From: an uncultured Alphaproteobacteria bacterium
Lineage (GTDB): Bacteria; Pseudomonadota; Alphaproteobacteria; Rhodobacterales; Rhodobacteraceae
DNA: 64,000 nucleotides
Direction: 5' to 3'
Assembly (NCBI GenBank): GCA_963749675.1
Contig: CAVVNT010000001.1
Span: forward strand, 633,299 to 697,298
The position numbers and the translations under genes are program-made. Below are positions 26,588 through 35,065 of this stretch, in pieces (the first letter of the stretch is position 1; every line of letters begins with the position of its first letter). Below the pieces are notes generated by a model. The model did not search any database, was not told the origin of the DNA, and was given only the letters and a program-made list of their open reading frames with translations.

Positions 26588-27199
26588 ATGTTTGAGAAAT
26601 CCCACTTTGATCGCGAGTTGAGGAAGCTGGATCATTTTGCGACGGCTGGATACGTCGTAGGCCTGCACATCCGCTTCACTTCGCCCCTCATAGTCTTTCA
26701 GACCTATGCTCAAGAGTGGGCGGATCACTACACCAAGCACGGCTACGCGCTGCGCGATCCGGCGATTGCGTGGGCCTTCAGTCAGACCGGATGGACGCGC
26801 TGGTCCAATCCCGAGATACATGATCCTTTCGGAATTTTCGAGGAGGCGCGGCGATACGACTTGAACTTCGGCGTCACGATTTCGGTCGGCCCGATCCAGA
26901 GCCGCACCGTGGCCAGCCTTGCCAGGGATGATCGGGAATTCACCGACGAGGAGATTGAACAGGTGCGCTCGATCGTCGAGGAACTTCACCTCATGAGCGA
27001 ACCGCCGGAGAGCCTGACCGACGCGCAGGCCGCCGCATTGAGGTGCATCGCCGCGGGTGATCGCCATGATGCGGCCGCCGCCAAGCTCGGTATTTCGGTG
27101 AGCGCATTGAAGGCCCGCCTGAATTCCGCCCGTCAACGTCTCATGGCGCGCACAACGGCTGAGGCGATCCAGCGCGCCAAGGACTATGGCCTTCTCTAG
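26588..27199 (+). CDS. LuxR-family autoinducer-binding regulator
   Basis: Autoinducer residues W..HY...RDP...W (WADHYTKHGYALRDPAIAW...RWS) and a C-terminal LuxR HTH. Confidence 0.9.
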   Translation: MFEKSHFDRELRKLDHFATAGYVVGLHIRFTSPLIVFQTYAQEWADHYTKHGYALRDPAIAWAFSQTGWTRWSNPEIHDPFGIFEEARRYDLNFGVTISVGPIQSRTVASLARDDREFTDEEIEQVRSIVEELHLMSEPPESLTDAQAAALRCIAAGDRHDAAAAKLGISVSALKARLNSARQRLMARTTAEAIQRAKDYGLL

Positions 27200-27258
27200 C
27201 CGGAGCTGAAAAGTCAAGTCTTCTGGTCACGTAAGTTCCCCAACCCTCAGGAGGCACT

Positions 27259-27849
27259 ATGCTGACCACAACCCTCTCTTTCGCGAACATACACAACTAT
27301 GGTGAGTTGTTCGCCAACATGCTTCGCGCTAGGCGCGAACTTTTCATCGATCAGAACAAGTGGGACCTGCCGGAAGCCCTCGGCATGGAATTCGACCAGT
27401 ATGATACGCCGGCGAGCCGATGGATCGTGGTTCACAACGAGCTTGGCGAGGTCCTCGCCGGAAATCGCCTGACGCCGACCACGGCACGCTGCGGCATCTA
27501 CTCCTATATGATACGCGACGCACAACGTGGACTGCTCGAAACAATTCCCTCCGGTATCCTCTACGACGAGGCGCCCGTCTTGGAGGTGGTGTGGGAAAGT
27601 TCCCGTCTCTTCGTCTCGCAGAAGGTTCCGCTGCACCTTCGCAGACCGATCTGGGCGAAGCTGTTGTCGGAACTGTCGCGCGCGGCGCCACACCTCGGCG
27701 CGTCGACCTGCCTGACCTTGGTCAATGCCAACTGGAGCCTTTGGGGGCCTCGCGTTGGCATCTCGATGGCGCCGATGGGGCCAGTCGTCGAGATCGGCGG
27801 CGCAAGGAACCAGGTTGTATCGATGGACTTCAGCTCGACGTTGCACTGA
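27259..27849 (+). CDS. LuxI-family acyl-homoserine-lactone synthase
   Basis: RRELF...WDL...EFDQYD...RL.PT...WESSRLF motifs; follows luxR. Confidence 0.88.
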   Translation: MLTTTLSFANIHNYGELFANMLRARRELFIDQNKWDLPEALGMEFDQYDTPASRWIVVHNELGEVLAGNRLTPTTARCGIYSYMIRDAQRGLLETIPSGILYDEAPVLEVVWESSRLFVSQKVPLHLRRPIWAKLLSELSRAAPHLGASTCLTLVNANWSLWGPRVGISMAPMGPVVEIGGARNQVVSMDFSSTLH

Positions 27850-27856
27850 GCGGCAA

Positions 27857-27884
27857 GGGGGCACTGCGGTGCCCCCGGCTTCTT
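27857..27884 (+). terminator. Possible intrinsic terminator after luxI
   Basis: GGGGGCAC-TGCG-GTGCCCCC hairpin with a weak T-rich tail. Confidence 0.5.
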
Positions 27885-27914
27885 CGAGACGACGGAACGC
27901 GTTACTGCTTGTCC

Positions 27915-29222
27915 ATGGCCGACCTCTTTGATCCCCCACCCTCTGAAACCGGCGACGATCGTTTTCGCCCGCTTGCCGACCGGCTACGGCCGAAGAGCCT
28001 GTCCGAGGTGATCGGGCAGGACCACCTGCTGGCTCCGCACGGGCCGCTCGGCTCGATGCTGGCATCGGGCCGTTTGTCCTCGGTGATGCTCTGGGGACCG
28101 CCCGGCGTGGGAAAGACCACGATCGCACGGCTCCTGGCGGAGGAAGCGGACCTCGAATTCGTGCAGGTCAGTGCGATATTCACCGGCGTTGCCGAGCTGC
28201 GAAAGGTTTTCGAGGCCGCAAGGGTGCGCATCAGGCAGGGCCGAGGCACGCTGTTGTTCGTCGACGAGATTCACCGGTTCAACAAGGCGCAGCAGGATGG
28301 ATTCCTGCCGCACATGGAGGACGGCACGATCCTCCTCGTCGGGGCGACGACCGAGAATCCTTCGTTTGAGCTCAACGCTGCTCTGCTGAGTCGCGCTCAG
28401 GTGATGACGCTGCGGCGCCTGGGCACCGGCGATCTGGAGCATCTGGTTCGCCGTGCAGAATCGAGTCTGGAGAACCCGTTGCCGTTGTCCCCGGACGCCC
28501 ATCGGGCGCTGATCGAGATGGCCGACGGCGACGGTCGCGCGATACTGAACCTTGTGGAGCAGATCGCCGGTTGGGGGGGCGACGCCCCCCTTGAAACCGC
28601 GGAACTGAAAGGGCGGCTGAGCCGCCGCGCCGCGGAGTACGACAAGTCCGGGGACGCGCACTACAACCTGATCTCGGCCCTGCACAAGTCCGTCCGCGGC
28701 TCGGACCCCGATGCGGCGCTTTATTGGCTGGCCCGTATGCTGCGTGGCGGTGAGGATCCGCGCTACCTCGCGCGGCGGATCACCCGCATGGCAATCGAGG
28801 ACATTGGTCTCGCCGACCCGCAGGCGCAGCGCCTGTGCCTGGATGCATGGGTGACATACGAGCGGCTTGGCAGCCCCGAAGGCGAGCTGGCGCTGGCGGA
28901 GGCGGTCGTCTACCTCGCGCTCGCGCCGAAATCGAATGCCGTCTGTTCGGCGTTCAGGGCGGCAATGGCGGCCGCGCGCGACAATGGCTCGGAGCCTCCG
29001 CCGAAGCATATCCTGAACGCGCCCACCCGGCTGATGAAGGAGGAAGGCTATGGCGCCGGCTATGAATACGATCACGACGCAGAGGGAGCATTTTCCGGCC
29101 AGAACTACTTTCCCGACAGCATGAAGCGCGGCGTCTACTATGTGCCGGCCGAGCGGGGCTACGAGCGTGAACTGAAGAAGCGGCTCGACTGGTTCGTGAA
29201 GCAGCGCGACCGGCGCGGTTGA
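27915..29222 (+). CDS. rarA: Replication-associated recombination protein A (MgsA/RarA)
   Basis: RPLADRLRP; GPPGVGKTT; DEIHRFNKAQQD; SALHKSVRGSD. Confidence 0.96.
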   Translation: MADLFDPPPSETGDDRFRPLADRLRPKSLSEVIGQDHLLAPHGPLGSMLASGRLSSVMLWGPPGVGKTTIARLLAEEADLEFVQVSAIFTGVAELRKVFEAARVRIRQGRGTLLFVDEIHRFNKAQQDGFLPHMEDGTILLVGATTENPSFELNAALLSRAQVMTLRRLGTGDLEHLVRRAESSLENPLPLSPDAHRALIEMADGDGRAILNLVEQIAGWGGDAPLETAELKGRLSRRAAEYDKSGDAHYNLISALHKSVRGSDPDAALYWLARMLRGGEDPRYLARRITRMAIEDIGLADPQAQRLCLDAWVTYERLGSPEGELALAEAVVYLALAPKSNAVCSAFRAAMAAARDNGSEPPPKHILNAPTRLMKEEGYGAGYEYDHDAEGAFSGQNYFPDSMKRGVYYVPAERGYERELKKRLDWFVKQRDRRG

Positions 29223-29256
29223 ACTCCGGGCCGGGGCAGCGGGAAACCGAGGCGAC

Positions 29257-29637
29257 ATGGAACATCCCTATCTTCAGGTCGCTCTCGGCGGCGCCATCGG
29301 TGCCACGCTACGCTATGCCTTGGGCCTCGGCATCGTCAGGGCGCTGGGCGGTCCCACGGACTTTCCCGTCGCCATCATGGCGGCCAACATCGTTGGGTCC
29401 TTCGTGATGGGCGCCTTCGTCGTGGCGGCCGCGCGGCATGGACTAACTCATCTGTCGCCACTGATCGCGACCGGACTTCTCGGCGGCTTCACTACGTTCT
29501 CCTCGTTCTCGCTCGAGACGGTCACGCTTTGGGAGCGGGGGGCTGCGGGACAGGCCGCACTCTACGTGACGCTCTCCGTCGGTCTGTCTCTGATCGGGCT
29601 CTTCGCGGGACTTGCCGTCGGGCGGGCGGCGTTGTGA
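29257..29637 (+). CDS. crcB: Fluoride channel FluC/CrcB
   Basis: GGAIGATLRY; TGLLGGFTTFSSF. Confidence 0.95.
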   Translation: MEHPYLQVALGGAIGATLRYALGLGIVRALGGPTDFPVAIMAANIVGSFVMGAFVVAAARHGLTHLSPLIATGLLGGFTTFSSFSLETVTLWERGAAGQAALYVTLSVGLSLIGLFAGLAVGRAAL

Positions 29638-30671
29638 GCCGGGTCCAGACCCTGACCGTCGCGACGGACGAGGAGGGGCAGCGCCTCGACCGGTGGTTCC
29701 GCCGGCACTTCCCGCAGGTACCGCAGGGCCGGATCGAGAAGCTCTGTCGCAAGGGAGAGGTTCGCGTCGATGGCGGCCGTGTGAAGGCATCGACGCGCCT
29801 CGACGCGGGCCAGCAGGTGCGTGTGCCGCCCTTGCCGGAAGCGCCCCCTCCCGAAGCCCGACCAGAGCTTTCAGACGATGACGCCCGGATGATACGGGCC
29901 GCGGTCATCTGGCGCGACGACCACATCCTCGCGCTCAACAAGCCGCCAGGCCTCGCGGTCCAGGGCGGCAGCGGCCAGAAGCGGCATGTCGACGGCCTTG
30001 CCGAGGCGTTGCGCTTCGGCGCGGAGGAGAAGCCGAGGCTCGTCCATCGGCTCGACCGCGACACCTCGGGCATCCTGCTCATGGCGCGCACTCGCGGCGT
30101 GGCGGAAGCGTTGACCCGCGCCTTTCGAGACCGCGCGACCCGCAAGATCTACTGGGCGGCACTCGCCGGCGTGCCAAAGCCGCGCATGGGCACCGTCCGT
30201 TACGGCCTCGTCAAGGCGGCCGGACACGGTTCAAGCGGTGAGGCAGAGAAGATGATGCCGGTGCATCCCGACGCGGTGGACGCCACCCCCGGAGCCAAGC
30301 GCGCGGTGACGGACTACGCAGTCTTGTCGGCGCTCGGAACACGTGCCTCCTGGGCCGCTCTGGTGCCGGTCACGGGGCGGACCCACCAGTTGCGCGCGCA
30401 CATGGCGGCCTTGGGGCACCCGATCGTGGGCGATGGCAAGTACGGCGGCTCGGGCAAGGAGAATCTTGGCGACGGCTGGGGCGCGCAACTCGGCGGAGAA
30501 ATCAGCCGCAAGTTGCACCTCCACGCGCGCTCGCTGCGCCTGACGCATCCCGTGACGGGCGCCGACCTGACGCTAACGGTGCCGCTGCCGGATCACATGA
30601 CGCGGACGTGGGAGATGCTGGGCTGGGATGCTGCGGACGTCCCGGCGGATCCGTTCGAGGAGGTCGAGTGA
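29634..30671 (+). CDS. RluA/RluC-family pseudouridine synthase
   Basis: S4-like N-terminus; HRLDRDTSG; TGRTHQLR. Confidence 0.95.
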   Translation: MSRVQTLTVATDEEGQRLDRWFRRHFPQVPQGRIEKLCRKGEVRVDGGRVKASTRLDAGQQVRVPPLPEAPPPEARPELSDDDARMIRAAVIWRDDHILALNKPPGLAVQGGSGQKRHVDGLAEALRFGAEEKPRLVHRLDRDTSGILLMARTRGVAEALTRAFRDRATRKIYWAALAGVPKPRMGTVRYGLVKAAGHGSSGEAEKMMPVHPDAVDATPGAKRAVTDYAVLSALGTRASWAALVPVTGRTHQLRAHMAALGHPIVGDGKYGGSGKENLGDGWGAQLGGEISRKLHLHARSLRLTHPVTGADLTLTVPLPDHMTRTWEMLGWDAADVPADPFEEVE

Positions 30672-31324
30672 TCCGTCTGGTCGTATTCGACCTCGACGGC
30701 ACTCTCGTCGACAGCGCGGACCAGATCGTACGTGCGATGCGGGCCGGGTATGCAGCCGCCGGCCGGCGGTCGCCGGAAGCTAGAGCGATCCTGTCGATCG
30801 TCGGCATGTCCCTGCCGCAGGCGGTGGAGCGATTGTCACCCGACTGCAATCGGGGGGAGCGCGAGACCATCGTTGCCGCCTATCGCGACGCCTTCGTCGC
30901 CGATGCCGCCGTGCCCCAGCTGTATCCGGGAGCGATGGAAACACTCGAGGCCCTCTCCGCGCGGTCCGACATCAAGCTCGCGGTCGCCACCGGCAAGACG
31001 CGGCGCGGTCTGGTCAAGGTGTTGGACCAGCACCGACTAGCGGAGATGTTTCACTCACTGCACGGCGGCGACGAGTATCCGTCCAAGCCTGATCCGGCGA
31101 TGCTCCGCGGCGCGATGGCGGCCGCCGGCGTCTCGCCGGAGGAGACGATCATGGTCGGCGACAGCCTGTTCGACATCGAGATGGCAGCGGCGGCTGGCGT
31201 CGATGCGATAGCCGTTGCCTGGGGCTATGGCGCGCCCGCGGACCTTGTCGCGGCGGGTGCGGTCCGTTTGATAGACGACCTTCGCGAGCTTAGGGGCCTG
31301 GTCTTGGAGGCGGCACCCCTATGA
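30668..31324 (+). CDS. HAD-IA hydrolase (phosphoglycolate phosphatase-like)
   Basis: FDLDGTLVDS; KPDP; GDS..D. Confidence 0.92.
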   Translation: MIRLVVFDLDGTLVDSADQIVRAMRAGYAAAGRRSPEARAILSIVGMSLPQAVERLSPDCNRGERETIVAAYRDAFVADAAVPQLYPGAMETLEALSARSDIKLAVATGKTRRGLVKVLDQHRLAEMFHSLHGGDEYPSKPDPAMLRGAMAAAGVSPEETIMVGDSLFDIEMAAAAGVDAIAVAWGYGAPADLVAAGAVRLIDDLRELRGLVLEAAPL

Positions 31325-32046
31325 CCGAATGGACCGCGAAGCGGTTCTGGAAGGCCGCGGACGTGCGGCGCGAGCGCGGCGGTTGGGCGATAGTCCTGGA
31401 CGAACGGCCGGTGCGGACCCCTGCAAGGCAACCGCTCGTGGCGCCGACGCAGGCCATGGCACAGGCGATCGCGGACGAATGGGCCGCTCAGGGCGAGCGG
31501 ATCGACCCGCTTTCGATGCCCGTGACGCGCGCGGCGAATGCGGCGATCGACAAGGTCTCGCGCCAGCGCGAGGAGGTTGTCGCGATCCTCGCCGCCTACG
31601 GGGAGACTGACCTGCTGTGCTACCGCGCCGAAGCGCCCGACACCTTGACGCTGCGGCAGGCCGACGGATGGGACCCGCTGCTGGCGTGGGCTGAGGAGCG
31701 GTTTCGCGCGCGGCTCGTCCCGGTCGCGGGGGTCATGCCGCAGCCCCAGGACCCGCACTCAATCAGGCGTCTTACGGCCGAGGTCGACGCGATGGACGTT
31801 TTCGACCTAACCGCGCTCCACGATCTCGTGATGCTGTCGGGCTCCCTCGTCCTCGCACTTGCCGTCTATCACCGCCGCCTGTCGGCCCCGCATGCCTGGG
31901 AGCTTTCTCGCATCGACGAGGAATATCAGGCCGACCTGTGGGGGCGCGACGAGGATGCCGAGGTGGCGGCGGCAATTCGACGCGATGCCTTCCTAGCGGC
32001 GGAGCGCCTCGTCGCTCTGAACCGAGGACAAGCAGGGCGACCGTAG
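31321..32046 (+). CDS. ATP12-family F1-ATPase assembly chaperone
   Basis: KRFWK; LDERPVRTP; TDLLCYRA; SRIDE.YQ..WG. Confidence 0.93.
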   Translation: MTEWTAKRFWKAADVRRERGGWAIVLDERPVRTPARQPLVAPTQAMAQAIADEWAAQGERIDPLSMPVTRAANAAIDKVSRQREEVVAILAAYGETDLLCYRAEAPDTLTLRQADGWDPLLAWAEERFRARLVPVAGVMPQPQDPHSIRRLTAEVDAMDVFDLTALHDLVMLSGSLVLALAVYHRRLSAPHAWELSRIDEEYQADLWGRDEDAEVAAAIRRDAFLAAERLVALNRGQAGRP

Positions 32047-32047
32047 C

Positions 32048-32377
32048 TGTCCCGTCCCGGGCGATCGCATGGCCCCTCGCCGCTCGGGGCTCTTCATGGC
32101 AAGATCGATCCTGCGCGATGTTCGGGACGGGAGGCGAGCATGCTGATCTCTCTTCACAAGCAGGCGACGACGACACCGAAGATCCGGGCTGCGGTCCAGG
32201 CGAGCACCGAGCCTGCCTGGATGGTGGCGGAGCGCCACGGCATCTCCGAGCAGACGGTCTGGAAGTGGCGGAACCGGGACAGGGTCCATGACCGGAGCCA
32301 CACATGGCGTGGTCAACCTGCGCGACCTGAAGCCCACGGCGCCGCGGCCTGGGCACAAGCCGTTCAAGGCTTATGAG
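32048..32377 (+). mobile_element. IS481-family remnant (left end and internally deleted N-terminus)
   Basis: TGTCCCGTCCCGG end; MLISLHKQATTTPKIRAAVQAS...TVWKWR; KPFKAYE fragment. Confidence 0.75.
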
Positions 32378-32598
32378 TGAGAACGGCGGTGAGAAAGTCG
32401 GCCGCGGTAGCGGCGGGATGAGCCTGCGGCGGACGGCTTGAAGGTCGTCCACGTTTGCCCTCTCTGGCGGCAGGGAGCGGGGGCATGCTGACCGTGGAGC
32501 TGTATCGGAAGGTTCGCCGCGCCTACTTCAGGCAGGGCATGAGCAAGCGCGCCATCGCGCGTCACTTTACGATCTCGCCCGACAGCGTCGACAGTTCG
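32378..32598 (+). mobile_element. IS21-family remnant (left end and istA start)
   Basis: MLTVELYRKVRRAYFRQGMSKRAIARHF from 32485, cut off by an IS66 end. Confidence 0.7.
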
Positions 32599-33137
32599 GT
32601 AACCGCCCGATAGCTACCGCAGTGGCTGGTCCTTGACGCGGGCGGCAATGCCGGGATCGTCGACGAAGGCCTCAAGGAAGCTCTGCCATTCCCCGACAGA
32701 CACCCGGGCCGACAAGAGCATGTCGCGGAGTTCATCGATGCCTCCATCCGTGAGGGCGGCAAGGTATTCTTCGCGACCGATCTGGACGCTGACAATGCTG
32801 CCGTAGGAGAGGTTGTCGTCGTTGCTGACGATGGCCTCCAGAAGGTCCGGGTCCTCTCCGAGCAGGGTGGCGACATGACTGATCGTGCGGACATGGGTCG
32901 TGGCAGCCATCAAGCGGCTGCGCTCTGCGCCTGCCCTGCTGGCTTCCAATTCCACGGGAGCAGCTCGTCGAGCCGGTTGATCTTGTGATCGTGGATGCGG
33001 TCGAGGACGTCAGCGAGCCAGGCTTGCGGGTCCAGTCCGCTCATCTTCGCCGTCTCGATCAGGGTCATTGCCCGCGCCAGGGTCTCGCCGCCGCTGTCGG
33101 AGCCGGCGAAGAGCCAGTTCTTCCGTCCGATCGCGAC
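32599..33137 (-). mobile_element. Third IS66 remnant: tnpC 3' end, passenger ORF and right end
   Basis: [21 protein letters not shown]...[17 protein letters not shown]...LLPWNW (33137-32910); terminal GTAACC at 32599. Confidence 0.85.
32614..32910 (-). CDS. Uncharacterised 98-aa IS66 passenger protein
   Basis: TGATG-coupled to tnpC; aligns by eye with 17686-17985. Confidence 0.8.
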   Translation of the reverse strand: MAATTHVRTISHVATLLGEDPDLLEAIVSNDDNLSYGSIVSVQIGREEYLAALTDGGIDELRDMLLSARVSVGEWQSFLEAFVDDPGIAARVKDQPLR

Positions 33138-34945
33138 GAGGCGTTCATTGTGCCCCCCTTCTTCAAGTGTCTGGAAACATGGAGAGTTGGTTCTTCGGAT
33201 CAGGCCGACACGGGCGTCCTTTCCGTCTCAGTGCGATGCTGACGGTGTCGTCTTCGAGGTCGATCGCCCGGATCTGATACGGCGCGCCGGGCACGACCTG
33301 CTCGGCAGGCAGAACGTGCTCTCTGATGAGCCTGCGGATGGCGTGGTTGGTCACGCCGAGCTTCGCCGCGGCTTCGCTCATGGTGAGCCATTCGCCGTTC
33401 TTCTCGGCGGAACGGTGGGCGTGCATGCCGTGGACCTTCCGGATGGAGCCGACGCGGTGCGGCGTCCAGGTCTTTCCCTGTCCCGTGCGGATGGCCATCA
33501 GGTTGAGCGAGGCGGCGATGTCGGCGTCCGACCAGCGGCCCGCCATCCGGGCCATGACCGCGAGCGCTTCCTCCGGGGTCCGGCGGCCGTGCTCGCCGGT
33601 CTTCGGCTTGCGGACGCGCAGCTGCGAGTGAGCTCCGCCGCGCCAGTGGATGGTCAGGATGACCTCGCGCGACACCTCGTCGACGTCGACGATGATGTCG
33701 GTCACCAGAGCGCGCAGGAGCTGCTGGCGTGCGCGCATCGTGACGCCGGGCGCACTCCAGGCGCCGGCGGGAGCGTCGGCAAGGCCGGTGAAGTCCGGTG
33801 CTGGCGCGGCGGACACCGGCAAAGCCAGCGCCTCGAGATGTTCGGCGCAGGCCTCGACGCGGCGGAGCGTCATCTCCCAGGCGCGCTCGAGCTGCGCCGC
33901 GATCAGGCGGTTGTCCGGGTCGCAGGCAGCGTAGCGGCGTTCCGCCAGCGAGGCATCGTGAGCCGCGCCTGCTGGAGGTCGAGCTCCGCCATCCGCCGTC
34001 TCTCGGCTTCGCCGTCTTCGTGCATGCGCTCGGCTTCCCGCGCCGCCTCGATCGCCATGGGTTCTACCGCGCGCGAGGCAACTCGGCCGCGATGGCGGCA
34101 TCGACCCGGGAGCCGCCGAAGGTCATGCAGCGGCCGATGCCGCGCCCGGTCTGTGCCCGATCGCAGCGATACGTGGAGCGGCCGGGCGGCCTGCCGGCAT
34201 AGGCGACGGAGAGCGCCCGGCCGCAGCGTCCACATGTCAGGATGCCCGCGAGCAGGGCTCTTCCGCCGCGGCCGGACTTCGCGCCACCGGCCCAGCCGTA
34301 GGTGTTGGCCGCGAGCGTCTCCTGGTTCCGCTCGAACTCGGCCCAGCCGATGTAGCCGTCGTGGTGGTCGTGGATCAGCACGTCCCACGCCGCCCGTGGC
34401 CGGCCGTGGCCGTAGGTCTTGCGCGCCCGTCCCTCGACCATGACCACCCGCTTCTCGCTTTTGCCGTAGACGTAGGCGCCGGCGTAGAACGGGTTCTTCA
34501 GGATCGAGATCACGTTGCGGTAGCGGATCGGGGTCCACTCGAGGGAGGTCATCCGCATCGCCATTGTCACTCGGACCAATGGCGCTCCAATGGCAATCGT
34601 CCGACGGCCGCGGAAACGAGACGCCGTCGGCCGCGAGCGACAGCAGCGTCTGGCGCGCGCTGCTGAGCTGCCGGAAGCGCTCGAAGATCAGCCGGATCGT
34701 CTGCTGGAGACGCAGGTCGGGATCGAAGCCGAGGCCATGGTCCCGGCGCCAGAGGTAGCCGACGGGCACGCTGATGCGGAGCTCGCCCCGCTCTGCCTTC
34801 GCGCGCGCGGCATCGAGCATCCGCGCGCGCAGGATGCCGAGCTCGAACTCGCTGATGCTGCCCTTCATGCCGAGGAGGAGCCGGTCGTTCGGCCGACAAG
34901 GATCGTACACGCCGTCGAGGTCGATCACCCGGGCTTCGACGATGT
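33138..34945 (-). mobile_element. Large serine recombinase element, copy 2 (right end and 3' two-thirds of the LSR gene, frameshifted)
   Basis: Same sequence as copy 1 plus an intact C-terminus ending SMFPDT-stop at 33163; terminal motif TCATTGTGCCC at 33145-33155 abutting IS66 tnpC. Confidence 0.85.
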
Positions 34946-35065
34946 CCAGCGACATTCGGATCTGGCCCGGCGCATTGCTTCAGATGAAACGCTACCCGAC
35001 GCTGCGATCGCGCCACCTCGCTTGCTACGCGCTCCCTGGGCGGGACGACGATGGGTGGCGCGGGA

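Noticed and set aside
27199-27259. lux box upstream of luxI
   Set aside because: No convincing 18-20-bp palindrome seen.
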